From contig OZ199838.1 in NCBI GenBank assembly GCA_964304625.1, forward strand, positions 6,807,731 through 6,871,730: DNA of 64,000 bases, read 5' to 3'. Of this stretch, positions 13,646-28,677 are shown piece by piece. Each line of letters begins with the position of its first letter. Within the stretch, counting starts at the first letter, position 1. The notes beneath the pieces were generated by a model. That model was not told the DNA's origin and did no database searches. It saw nothing but the letters and a program-made list of their open reading frames with translations. The translations under genes and the position numbers were made by a program. The stretch comes from Kudoa neothunni (taxonomy: Eukaryota > Animalia > Cnidaria).

Positions 13646-14482
13646 TTATTCCCGTACACCCCTGAAAAATCTCAACTCGTTTGTGTTCGTTAGTTTTCTT
13701 GCATTATAAATTAAAGACAGCGTTTTTGACCATTTATGGAGTTAACTATTCGATTTTGTTACTCACAAGATTAAAATCAACTATATTTCTCCAGCAATCA
13801 CCACATCCCAAATATTAGACGAATTTATATACAACAAAATTTAATCTCTCACATGCCGCTGCATTACATTGATAGAAATTAAATAAAATGAATTCTAATA
13901 AGCACCAAAAGCACATGAGTAGGATTCCACGCTCGAGCGATTGGTGAAAATCCTTTAAATGCGCAGACATTAAAGAATTGAAATATTTTTATGGTGTAAA
14001 TTGTGCATGAATTTGTATAGAAACGCATGTCAATTCAACAAATCACCCATAACAGACAATCCTGTTGTGTTCACAAATTATACCCAATGTTTACACACAG
14101 TAAATCACGTGCATTTTATTCCCAAGATTCGATCCTGTCCATAATGTTAATTCTAATTCGAATGCGTGAAATAAATTAGATAACAGTATTATGAATCAAT
14201 ACTTCTAGGTTGGCGAGTGTTTATATCTCCACAAAATACGATTGCTTAGAATTTTGAATTTTAATCCGATTTAACATTTAAATACTTCGGGCATTCTTCG
14301 CCTCGAAACTCATACCACGCTTGCTTTGTTTTGGTGACGAAATACAGCGCTAACCCGAGATAATTTGAAACGGGCTGATTGTAGCAGCCATTAAAAACTG
14401 ATAACTATTGCTGTTTAATCTAATGTGAAAATAATCGATGAATAATCCTATTTTTGCAGTTTCAGGCGTAAGCCGATGATAA

Positions 14483-16309
<1,827 letters not shown>

Positions 16310-16482
16310 TTTCCTCATCTTTCTCATGTTCCAGATTAAAGCTACCTGACTGATTTATTTTACACTAGATTGCCTTCGTGAATTTTATAAATAGTTGTTT
16401 TTCTATGTATGCGCAGCGAGTTGTTGTAGTTATAAGTTTATTTGAATTAGTAAAGTTGTATGCGTTAAATGTAACGAGTTTT

Positions 16483-16594
16483 TCGTGTTACGTCCTGCGG
16501 TGCCTAAAGCGTTAATGGAGGAGGTCTGACCAACCAGAATTCCACAACCTAATAAGCTGCGCCAAGGGTTTTACCTTGTAAGCAAAAAAAATAG
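16483..16594 (+). mobile_element. 5'-truncated copy of the tRNA-derived SINE
   Basis: Matches the reverse complement of about 44645-44765 (CTGCGGTGCCTA.AGCGTTAATGG ... AATTCCACAACCTAATAA ... TTTACCTTGTAA.CAAAAAAAA). Flanked on both sides by AACGAGTT. Confidence 0.75.
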
Positions 16595-17699
16595 AACGAG
16601 TTCTGATAGATAGTCTGCCAGTCTTCTCAGCTTAGTTATTAAGATTTTTATGGCATTTGAAGACCAGCCTTCAGCATTTAAATGCGACTTATTAGCGGAA
16701 CGTTGAAAGATAACCCTTATGTGGCAAACGACTCAACGTGTGCGCCATATATTAGGTTTGATATACTGATTGGCTCTATTAGGAAGTTATTCTAGTGATT
16801 CATTTATCCTGTTAGGCGCCATCAAGCAGAATATTATTAGCTAAATGAAGACCGATATAGCTGTTAATATTGGTGGGAACTAAGTTCTACAGAAGGCTGA
16901 GTATAGCAATTTTTAAGGTTCCTTAGGTATTCAATTACATAGCTTATTTTACCACATATCACATAGCAGCCTCAAACCAACCAGAATATTTTTGAATTGT
17001 CAATATTAAGATAGACAATTAAAGTTTCTGTATGCTGTATTAGGACAAAATCAGCCAGAGGGGTGGTATATGCGTTTTCGAGACTGTGGTTAGTTCCTTG
17101 ACGTAGTAGTTCCAATATACTGGTAAAATTTACTAGAGAAAACATATTTTAAGATTAAAAAAATTATAAATGAAACGGACAATTGCCAACGAATAATAAA
17201 AATTTTCTGTTAGATAAGGCAAGAACGGTATATTCGTTTTTTAAATGTTTGAACAAGTTTGAAATTTTTATTAAAACATTCTAAGGTTGAATAATAACGA
17301 AGCAGGTGATTTTAAATGATCGAAAAAATCTTCACTTTTCAAAATGCCACAAAATTAGTAGAAATATATTGGACAAGCAAAAGCAATGTTAGTTCGTTGT
17401 ATTAAAAAAACTATATTTATGTCTGTATTTCCAAATACATATGCATATTTTGGTTTAATAATTCTAAAATTATTTAAGTCACTATTTACTTTTTGTCTAA
17501 TACTAGAATCAACAAGTCTTAAAGTACTTCAAGATCAAAATGTAACCTTCTTCAAATGGAACATATTCCTAGTTATCAATAATATTTGAATTCAAACAAC
17601 GAGTAAAATATGATTTTGAATGGTTGCAGTAGTTTAAACATTGTTTGGGTTTATTTTTATTTTGTCTTTCAATGATGACGTTAAATAATTTTTCTTGCC

Positions 17700-17990
17700 T
17701 GGAAGGATTTTTATTTCGTAAAATTAATTTAAACTGATGAAAGAATTTCTCATTTAAATTCTAAAAAGGGATGTGAGATGGTATGGAAAGGAGTTTTTAG
17801 ACACTTTTCGCTAAACATATTGTGCAATCATCATCTAATTAACTTTGGGTGAATGATTTTTTCACATCAAATAATTTTAATGGGCGGTCATCACCTTTTT
17901 ACTAAATAAGCAAATACCTTCTAGCTTTAATCCTAAAATTCGCCCAATTGTGGATCTATGAACACTTGTACATTCAGCAATTTATTAATT
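17700..17990 (-). mobile_element. Possible Tc1/IS630-like transposase N-terminal remnant
   Basis: The minus strand gives an HTH-like IAECTSVHRSTIGRIL, followed after frame breaks by LDDDCTI. No catalytic region or TIR recognised. Confidence 0.3.
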
Positions 17991-19485
17991 TGTGCATTTC
18001 GTTGGAATTTATAAGGGATCAATTGAACATTCATTATTTCTACTAGAAGAATAACTTGAATTCACATTCTTGTGGGAAAAATCACATATTTTTGCTTAGT
18101 TTGATTATTTCAATTTTGATTCAATAAGAGTGTGTTTCGAGTGGACATATTGCTGAGCACGTGCAAAGATTACTTTTTGATACAAAAATAATTTATTTTT
18201 AGTCTGAAAAACTTCCATAAAAAAATTTATTTCATTTTAAAATAGTGTTTGCATTTTTATTTGGACAATTTACAAATCACTGACGAAGGTTGCATTCTGA
18301 TCTTGAAATATTGTATCATGGTTCACTGAGAAAACAATTGAATTGATTGATAAATTACATCTTAGCTGAAAAAAAATTAATTAGCATTTTATTATTTTCC
18401 ATAGTAAATAATCATAAAATAATTTGATTATTTTAAAATGTGAGATTTTTCATGTTCCATCTAAGATACTTGTAGTCCAAAGGATTAAAATTTGGGCATA
18501 TTTAAGCGCGTTTCACTGCTGTTATTTTAGCCTTTAAAACAACTTATACGATTAAAACACTAAACACATAAATTAGTGAGATTTTTCGACTGATATGCAT
18601 AAAAATGATTTCAAAAATTTATTATAAATGCAAAAACTCAAAATGTAATTTTTATGTGATTACACAGCAATTTATCACTATAATCTTCTATTTAGTAATC
18701 AAACAATTCTCACCCGTACTGCCCAGAAAATGAGAGATCGTACGTCAGATGAAAAAAACATAAAATTTTTAGCAACAAATAACCTGTGTTTATTTCAATG
18801 CCAACGTCGTCTAATCAATACAATCGTAACAAATTTGAACTCTATTTAATCCTTTATTTACTAATCATTTAAAATATATGGCAAATACTAGACATTAATA
18901 GTTTTAAGTATAGTTATTTTAAAGAGGAAAAATTTTTTTATTGTTCTAAACATAATTGTTATTCATGAAATCATTCTGAATAACCTAAAAATTGATCCTT
19001 AAATTTTTAATTTTTGGCACGTTATATATGATTTAATGAGATAAATGTGAATTTCGAAAGTTAAATAATTGTCTATGTAACTAAAAGCAATCTTACGGAC
19101 GTGGAATATTAGAAAATATATTCTATGCATTTTTCAAAGCACTCTCTTCCGCACATAAGGCGAATGTAAACATATTAATTTTATAATTATCAATTATAAA
19201 ATATCTATTTCCGCTATGATATTATGACTGGTTAATAAGAAAAAATATAATTCATAGATTAAACGCAAGATCGCCGACATAGAGTCTATCTTCGTCTTAT
19301 TGTTGTCCTACAATGTCCATCTCCAGGCTTGTCTCGGGAAAAATTTCTTCCATCGAAATTTTCATAAATTTGTAACTTAATTGATGCAAATAATAATTAT
19401 AAAATATTTCAGAACTAAAAATATAAGAATTCGGAAAATTAATCTTATGTTAAAATGTCTGATGTTTGCGCAATTGGAAAGCTGA

Positions 19486-21329
19486 ATGGATGCGATGAAG
19501 CTGGAAGGTAGTGTCGGCAATCCGTTGACCGGCTCAACTGAAAACAATACGAATGGTATATTTTTTCATCAGTTTTTATTTTTTTTTCTCTCATTTTAAA
19601 AGTAACTGACGTAATGGTTACCATAACAACCATATTTTTTGTATATTTCAGCATAGTCTCTTTATTTAATAATAATACCTGTAATTAATTAAATTTAATT
19701 AATTAATAATATAGGTATGAACGGTATTATTGATATTTTTGGTAATGGGAAGTTAATAAAAAAGGTACGCCGGCCAACAAATGACCAGTTGGAGTTAGCG
19801 TATTGTTTGTGTATGTGTTTTAGATGATAAGGAAGGCTCCAAATAAATCAACTAAAGTTGAAATGCAAAATATTGTTAAGGTGAATTTGACTGGTGCGCT
19901 CAGTTCCACTGGAAAAATAATTGATACTCGAGAAAAGTTCGAATTTGTGTCAGGTCACGGTGAAGTTATCATCGGTAATACCTATCAATCGTATCTTTTT
20001 CGTTCAATCAGTCAGTTAATTTTGATTGTTTGTTATGGTTACTTGTGAAAATAATTTTGAAATTGAAAATTTGGCAGGCGTTGATGCTGCTGTTGCACTT
20101 ATGAAGGTCGGCGAGACAAGTGAAGTTTCGATCGATCCTGCTTACGCTTTTAGAGATATTGATTGGTACATTTATTGGATGTGAACATCATATTAATAAG
20201 TTTTATAGGTATTCGAGCCCATGTGAAAGTTCCAATGAAAAAATACACATACCCCCTAATTCTCATTTGACATACTTGGTGGAAGTTCTCTCTGTGGAAC
20301 CATATCCAGAAGCTAGCTATATGTCAACTAATGTTGAAATTGATAGAATTTTACATTTTTGGTAAATTTTTTTTGATGGATGAGTTGGTTCATACTTTTA
20401 TGGTAATATAGCAATAAAAAACGTTTATGGGGAAATATGTGGTACATATATGGTGATTATGCAACCAGCAGTCATCTCTACGAATTGTATCAACTTTTAT
20501 CTATTCTCAAAGTTGTCAATAATGTTGTATCATTAAGAGCTTTCAGCATTCTCCAAAAACTCAACTATAGCGATATAGAACGTGTAAGGAAACTCTACAT
20601 TGTGATTGGCAACAACCTTTCCATTACAAAAATGAAGGTAAATTGTATCATGATTTATACCTCATAAATACAATACTCAACTCAATAAATTGTTTATTCA
20701 TGATTAGATGGATCAACACGGTGATGTCATAAAAATATTAAATTTTATTGTACATCATGAGCCTCATAATACCAAAGCTATTTATCGTCTTGCCCAAGTT
20801 ATCCATATCCTTCGTTAGATAATGTACTGGAATAATGTAATTTAGTGTTTTTTCAAGGTGGGTCTTTTGGATGAGTGTTATGAATTTCTCATCAAATGCA
20901 GAAAGCTTGGCGTAACAAACCAGGTAGCTCTGATTTATTCAACTCATAATCTAGCTTGCTAATGTGAATATACAGCTGATTGAACGATTCTACCTCGAAG
21001 TGCATGAAAAAGTTCTATTGGAAAATCAAAAGCAACGTGAATCATATTCGAGGATATTCCAAACCAGTGATAATGCTTCCAACTCGTATATTACCTCAAC
21101 GTTGCATACATTCTCAACCCCTCAATCGAGTATAAATATTGATCAAACGGTTAGCTACCTTAAATATTTTTGGCAAACTTTATCATTTGTGTAGGCAATC
21201 GGCGGCCGTCCAAGGAATCCCTCAGCTACTACAATTGCAGATTCGCCATTGCCTAGAAGACTCCTTCGATGGTCCGTTGTTGGAAGCTCGGTGTTGTTTT
21301 TGTTTTTGAGTTATTATATTTTTAATTAA
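19486..21329 (+). CDS. FKBP8: FKBP8/FKBP38-like immunophilin (FKBP domain, TPR, C-terminal membrane anchor), about 10 exons
   Basis: The spliced product reads DIFGNGKLIKK, GEVIIGVDAAVALMKVGE, IPPNSHLTYLVEVL, TPR segments (KRLWGNMWY, EPHNTKAIYRLAQ) and a hydrophobic tail RWSVVGSSVLFLFLSYYIFN*. All junctions are GT-AG and in phase. The first exon is less certain. Confidence 0.85.
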
Positions 21330-22749
21330 TGTGTATTGTTTTCTACAATCCATTTTGCGTATTGTCATACTCTCTTATTTACATATTGGTGATATTGGAT
21401 GGGGTTAACTGGGCCAGTTTTTCGATCCTGAGGTTCACATGACATTAGCTACTACTTGAACGAGGTATTACATTTACGTTAAAATTTATATTTTAAATAT
21501 CCGATTTTGAGCAGTTTTGGAAATTTTTTATGTTAATACATTTTTTTGGAATAATTCTGTTTCAGCATGACATTAATTTTTATTTATTAGGGTTTTCTAT
21601 TTGTTTTAAAAGTAATTTTGTTCTGGTGCATTAGTCGTATATTTAAGCTGGTTCTAGAAATTTAGACCACGAATATTTTATTATTACATGTAGTTACGAA
21701 TGTTTTTATACGTGTAAATAGAAAATTAGTGTGTTTACAACCAACGTTGGCGCATTCATAGAAGGTTTTCGGAATCTGTTATTATTGGAGAGATACGTCC
21801 AAAAGTTACCTGTCAATAAATAAATATATTAACAATCAAAATGTTAAATATAAAATGGAAATTTACGAACAATCTGAAGTAAGCTAGGATCTCTCGCTCG
21901 CTTTTTGGGAAAATGGAGGTCTACAAACAGGGGATCAGATATCGCAATTGAACTCTTAGGGCGGGATCCTCTATCGGGAATACAAGAAGCACTTCGTGAG
22001 GCATAAATAAAGTAGTCTTACATGATTTTCATTTATTAATAACGTGAAAAACTTTTCGGATCAATTCTTTTTCTGTATAACTAAGTCATTTGATAGATTA
22101 AAGTGAAATGCAATGAGATATTTAGGACAAAATTTCCATTTAGTTCTCATAGTTGTCTTTCAGGCAAGTTTATGTTAAGATGAACTCACTCAGTTAGTTG
22201 CATTAAGTTATTTTTAATCTGCCAGAGGCCAATTCACGCATAATATATTGATTCTTAGCATACAAGAAAATTACTATTATTTAAATAATGTTAGCATGCA
22301 ATAGTAAAAATAAGGTTTAAGTTTAGAATTAATCATTAACTCATACAAAATATATATCAATATGTTGAAAATGTTTGATGATCGTAAAATGAAATCTTAC
22401 AATTCATCTAAAATCAATTTCATAATAATTTATACTTATTATCTGCTCTATAAGTTCATAAAGACAACATTTCTAATCCTCTGTTTTTAAATAATTTATG
22501 ATTAATTAAATAAACCCTTATATTATAACATTGAGGTTGTGCATATTAAAAGCCGCGGGAATTTTTCTAACTCAATTAAACAGACTTGTGAATTTATATA
22601 AAGATATTAGATTAAGATCATTATTATTTTTAATATAGAACATTTTTTACGTGGATCAAAAATATTTTATATTGCCTTTATCTAAAAAATATTTTTCTGA
22701 TATGATATTAATGTATCTAACCAAAAATCTAATAACTATTTATATATTA

Positions 22750-23122
22750 CTAGTGCAAAAGCCTCGCATCGCGTAAGATTCCTTTCCCGGCCAAGTAGGC
22801 TAAAGTCTCGAGTAGGCCAAGGTCACTTTAAATTCAAGTAAACTAAGAGTATTTGAATAAATAGTAAAAAGATTACACAAATAAAGCTTAATTTATTTAT
22901 CTACTTTGGTATAATAAGTGAACTTAATTCTAATTCCTAGCGCTGTCTCTACTTGTAGAGATTGTACAGATTGCACACCATAAAATCATCATTATTTAGA
23001 CAATGCAAAAACTAGTCCATAGTTTAAAAGTTAGTTGAATGTTATCAATGTAATGACGCATACATATTGATAAAAATATTAAATTTACACACATACAAAC
23101 AAAACAGCTCCATGTGTATAGA
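22750..23122 (-). mobile_element. Non-autonomous Helitron-like element
   Basis: On the minus strand it runs A|TCTATAC ... CTAG|T, with a degenerate GC-rich hairpin about 10 nt inside the CTAG end and a CA-rich tract near the TC end. Confidence 0.45.
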
Positions 23123-23235
23123 TAGCGCGAAAACCCCCTTATTACCCAGGAATGGGCTAATTTAAGGTAAAAAAAATCTTGAAAATTAAGAAAAAGGTAT
23201 TAATCCCGTTATATAACCCCAGGCTGAACAATCTA

Positions 23236-25184
23236 CGGTAAAGTCTCGATACTGCGAAGTTCGATATAGGGTAGTTGGCGTTTTTAAATAATTTCTGTAT
23301 TCAAAATTGTGAATTTTTCGATGTTAATGATCATTAAATTTAATAATCTATCTATACAAATAAAATAACGTTTATTTTATGCAATTTTGAAAAAATGTGA
23401 GGTCTTGCTAGGGGGCAGTACTTACTTCCAATTTTAATTCGACTAATCCACTAAAGCTCACTTTGGAACGTTCGGCATGGTGTGAGAGCAAAGAAATTTA
23501 GATAAGAAAATTGAAATCGTTCAATATTATGAGTCAATTAAATCAATATCAAATGCTAAAAAATGACTCTAGAACGTTATGGAATATCAAGTATTCCGTT
23601 GTTGTTAGTTTTATTCAAATTAGAATAGGTTATTCTTCTTTGATTAGAATTTTTTCGAATAAATATGAAATAATTAACTCCAATATTGCATCTACCCGTA
23701 AAAGGATTACAAATGGAAAAAATGCTCAGCGTGAAAATACGTTATATGATTGGATAGTGTCAGAACGCCAAAAAAAGAAAAATATTCCATGGTTTTTGAT
23801 CACTGGAAAAGCCAAAATTATTTCCGATGATCCTAACATCATTGGTTTCTGTCGTAGCAAATGTTGGTTTGCAAATTCTAAGGCTCCCTTTTGTTTAAAA
23901 AATTACATCATCCACGGAGAAGCGGGGAATGTTGATGTTAACATTGTTTATGATTGGGTAAACAAGTTTTCTGAGATCTTAAGTAGATACGAAAAAGAAA
24001 ACATTTTGAATTTTGATGAGACCGCTCTTTCTTATGAACAATGGACTCAAAGTACCTATGCCACCAAAGATGAGTCAAATTTAAAGGGACTAAAATAATC
24101 AAAAAAATATGTCACCGTGTTAGTGACCGCCTCATTTACCATTTACCGGAGAAAAATTTCCATTTATTGCTATTGATAAATTTAAAAAGCACCGCTGTTT
24201 TAAAGGAACCACTGATCTTCCTAATGAATATTACGACAATAAAGATGGTTGGATGTCTTCTTTTATCTTTTTTGACATTCTATCAAACCTTAATCAATCG
24301 TTTGCAAGAGAAGAAACAAATGTTCTTAATTATTAGATCAATGTCCTTCTCATTCTCAATTAAATGGTTCCTTTCAAAATAATGAGTTATTATTTTTCCC
24401 AACAAACACAATTAGCATTGTACAACCAATGGATTCTGGTGTCAGAAATAGTTTAAAGGCAAACTATAGAAAAATTTTAAGTAGGCGTCTTCTGTTTGAA
24501 GATGATCCGACCAAATTTAAATACACAATATTATATTGCCTTAAAACGTTGAAATAAGCATGGGAAGCAGTCCCGGGCATCTATTTAGAATTGTTTTAAA
24601 AAGTTTCTAATATTTAAAGAAGGTGTTTAACATGTCATATCACTATTGTTATTATAATTTAGTAGAAAATTCATCGTTCGTTGCAAAAACAAAGAATTTT
24701 ATAAGGGTTTATTATTTTATATTTAGTTTTTAATTATTATTGGAGAATCATATTGTGGGTTTAATTTCGTCAGAAACGGCGGACGAAATAGCACTCCTAT
24801 AAGATTTAGAGAAAATTCACGATGATGGGGTTCCTGATGAGGAAGAATCTGTGGAGATAGTTGTCAACTGTGAAGCAGATCCAGATTTTAGTGTTTCTAG
24901 CGACATTGTCCTACATCTGTACTTAGGAGCTCCATAAATACTATTAGAAGAGCTTCTATTGCTGCAAAATTGAGCGCTATATTTTCTGCTCATCATGTTA
25001 TGGATCATTTATTTGATACCATTAAAAAACGGTGAAAATCAACTAACATAGATGATTTTTTTGTAAAAAAATAAAATATTTATTTCTCGTTGCGCACGCA
25101 CAGAACTCGGTATCGGGAAGTGATTTCTTATTGGGCAGTAAAACCTCAGTTCCCATTTTAGTGCCCAATGTCGAGACCTTACTG
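23236..25184 (+). mobile_element. pogo/Tigger DNA transposon with decayed transposase
   Basis: TA|CGGTAAAGTCTCGATA ... TGTCGAGACCTTACTG|TA. ORF 23511-24098 has a CENP-B-type HTH, HGEAGNVD and NFDETAL. Broken downstream frames give LLDQCPSH and QPMDSGV. Confidence 0.9.
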
Positions 25185-25346
25185 TAAACTCATAATTTGT
25201 TTATAATATCATCCTTTCGACAATCATGTTAAGTAAAATAAAAATTTTGGTTGTACCGAAATACCCCATTTCGATTAAATGCGGTTTGATTTAATTAGAG
25301 AAACTGAAAAAAACAGAATAATCTTCAAACTGACCAGCCGAGTTAA

Positions 25347-27406
25347 CCCTCCCTGCATGGAGTGGAAAAAAATCACATGCGGTCCGAAGTGGGGTCACTC
25401 AGGGACCCCAGGAGAAATCGGTCTATATCAATTTTTTATTTTCAACAACCTTAATTTAATAAACCAATAAGATTTTTTAAACTAAAAAAATTGTAAATTA
25501 AAATTAAATCAATTCTCTCGATGCATAAAAATGATGCCTTTTTCACGCTAACGCATAACAAGAAGAAACGGGGTATTTTCCCATTCAAGTTGATCGGATT
25601 TTAATTAGTCGGTCGTATATATAAACTGATCAAACGAAAAGGTGAAAATACACGAGAAAATTAAATTTAACAATGTAAACGTTATCAGCGAATCACCTCC
25701 CACTGGCGCGTATTTCTCGTTTATTATCGGCATAATCCGACTTATGTATCACGAAATATTTGAGTCTTATTTTCACAAAATATCTGCATTTAATTGAAAT
25801 TTATCTGGTGTATATAATCGAATATTTATTTTGTATTGAGATTAAACCATACCAAATTTCTTATCCAATATTACTTCTCATTTACGTGGTACTTATACAA
25901 TTTCACACTTTTTTAATAATACAAAAATTATTTATTGTAATTTTTAGGTGTAAAACAAAAAATATTTTGTTTTAAGTGAAGTCTTCTAATTCATGGATAA
26001 AAATATTCAAACTAAGAAATACAACTTCTTAATTTGCATAGATTTCATTGAAAAATTAACCCGCATTGAATCGACAGCAGTAGTATACTTAATTTTGTTC
26101 TTGAATTGTTAGTTGGTGTTAAAAACTTCAAAAAAGTTATAAAAACAAAGTTTTAAATAATGCACAATTAGATGATAAAATAAATTATTACAACTGGAAC
26201 AAAACGTAGTATTTTTTGATTTCTGTGCTATATACACACAAACTTTCGACAATGGAAACAAACCATCTTGGTTTTTTTGTCTATGTTCCTAGGACACAAA
26301 GCACATCATTTCCTATTTGGCTGTAGCAAACAATTCACTTCGGATGGCGAAGAATCATTCTTTTCATCAACAAATAAGTCGAAGCCATATTTTATATAAT
26401 GTGGCAAATTTTTACAATGACTCTGGCGCTGAAGAACATTCCTCTTTGCTAACTGAATGGAAAGTTCGTGCAAAAAGTATTGTCGCTTACTTCTACTGTT
26501 CTTTTTCCAATCGGGATATTTTTTACTCCATAGTATGTATGAATTTAAACATGCTATATCCAAAATATCCTCCGTAATGAATAATTCAAAGGTCTCTAAA
26601 ATGGTGTTGAAATTTCCTGACTCTCTTAAAAATTCAGAAGATGGAGGAGGAATCTTGTTATGGTAACGATCCTTTGTTTTTGTGCGAGATTCTACACTCC
26701 GTTTAAACCCAGTTGAGAAACTAACTCAAAATCGTGATTTTCTGTTGCAAAAGAATAGTCCAAGTCCTCAGAAAAGCTTTCTTCTTCAACATCGCTATTA
26801 ATTTCCTCAAGAAAATCCTCAGTGGATGTATCATCCGATTCAGAAATTTCATATTATGAAGTGTCATAACGATCAGTGGAAGAGGAATCGTCAATATATT
26901 TCTCAGCTTCGTTGCTCATAATTACAAAATAAGTGCATTATCAAATTAAATAAAAAAAGAAAATTTTTAACATAACCAATTACCTAATTAGAATTAGAAT
27001 AAAACTCAATCGAAATGAATTAATACGAGGGAGATTGGTAAACAGATGTCGGAGTAACTTTCGTAATTCCCCCAAAATATCACGATGTAACTTTAAATTT
27101 GATTTCAACCCATGATATCGATACAAAAAGATATTTCCAATTAATATCAAAAGTTAATGTAGTTGTGAAATAAAATAGGAGATGAGATTGGCATTATTTC
27201 TCAAAAAATATGTAAGACGTCATTTTAAAAGCGAAGACTATTTATTATAATTAAACAAAATTATATATAAAAATATTTAAATAGAAGCCTTATATCTTTA
27301 TAGAGGAATTCAGGAAATTTTACAATCGAAAATAAAACGTGCTTGAAATTATAAACAAAATGGTTATTTTTGGGTCCTTGAGTGACCTCGCTTCGGGCAA
27401 GCAGGG
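25347..27406 (-). mobile_element. piggyBac element, internally deleted
   Basis: TTAA|CCCT ... AGGG|TTAA with subterminal inverted repeats (CCGAAGTGGGGTCACTCAGGGACCC / GGGTCCTTGAGTGACCTCGCTTCGG). The minus strand keeps an acidic N-terminus (about 26750-26920), DIACLNSYILW...FLHELSIQL and a Cys-rich tail (about 26190-26310). No DDD core seen. Confidence 0.88.
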
Positions 27407-28049
27407 TTAAGTATTAAACACAAATTTTAATCACAATATCGTTCCCTTGACGACAGTGTTAATCGAAGTAAACAGTAATATCCCGGTCCTCATTACTCTC
27501 ATCTTGAGTAGATTTTATCTACATTTAAAATCAAAATTTCTTAAACTCGTAAAGTTTTAGTCGCTTTAACTAACCCCCCGATTAACCCAATAATCTAAAC
27601 TTTGTAAACAATGTTTCACATAAAGAAAGTGTATTAACGTCAATTTAAATCAATATAGAAAATAATAAACACCTTTTTTGAAAAACTAAAAGTTCAATGT
27701 AATTAATTTTTCACGTGAATTGATCTCCCTATGAATAACATGTGATTGTTTACCCAGCCGTCCCCCATTACGCAAGCAAAAACTCCATAGAAAGCCTTAA
27801 CTATGTTCAAATAATAAACGTAATATCACAAGTGTATAGTTTATGCAGCAGCGGAAAATAAAAGTTATATCATCCATCACTTTATTGTATTGACAGTCAC
27901 ATGTAGTAATCTCACTATCATCAGCTCTGATCTGTTTAAAAAAACATGGCGCGACCAATTCACCAGTTTATAGGCAACGAGATAATCCCCCTGTATTGTT
28001 GTATTTAATTTTATATTTTTTGTAACATACTGAAAGACTCATTAAGTAG

Positions 28050-28113
28050 AAAAGTCTCTGTATAAGGAAAAGATTTGTGCACACGCACGGACACTACAAC
28101 TTTATATATATAG
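28050..28113 (-). mobile_element. Helitron-like terminus shared with 41030-41108
   Basis: CTCT.TATAAGGAAAA.ATTTG ... CACGGACACT.CA.CTTTATATATA occurs at both loci. The other end was not located. Confidence 0.5.
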
Positions 28114-28677
28114 GTTTTCACATCCGAAAATTTTGTCTATGCATATACTTAACAGATTTTTAAATTTACATATTAAAAAAAAGTTGTCACTCGAGCTCCA
28201 ATGATTCCTCACGCGCAAATTTTATCATAAATGATAGAAATATTTAATAAATTTTTATCATTTACACCAAGATATATGGTTTCAATTAAATTTTTTAGAA
28301 TCAATTCCATATCAACAAGCGTATCACTCAATTTTCAACGCACCGAAAGCGGCACATAAATCTCAAACAAGCCCCAATGCACCAGAATGTATAATTTTTG
28401 TGTATAATAAAAACAAAACATATATTCCAACAATTTAAAATTGATCTGGTAAAAATTCAATAATTTCGATTATCATAAGTGTATGTTGTTTTTTTTGCAG
28501 TCTATGCATTAAATATCATTTCTAACAGAATTGATTCTTAGATGAAATACCCTGGAATTACTTAACAAAGCCTGAAAAAAACCCACGCAACAAAAATGAA
28601 TTTAACTTTTGATGTATAAAAAATAGGAAATGAGAAGAGAAATGCGTCAAATCTTAAAGAAACACATCATTATACAT

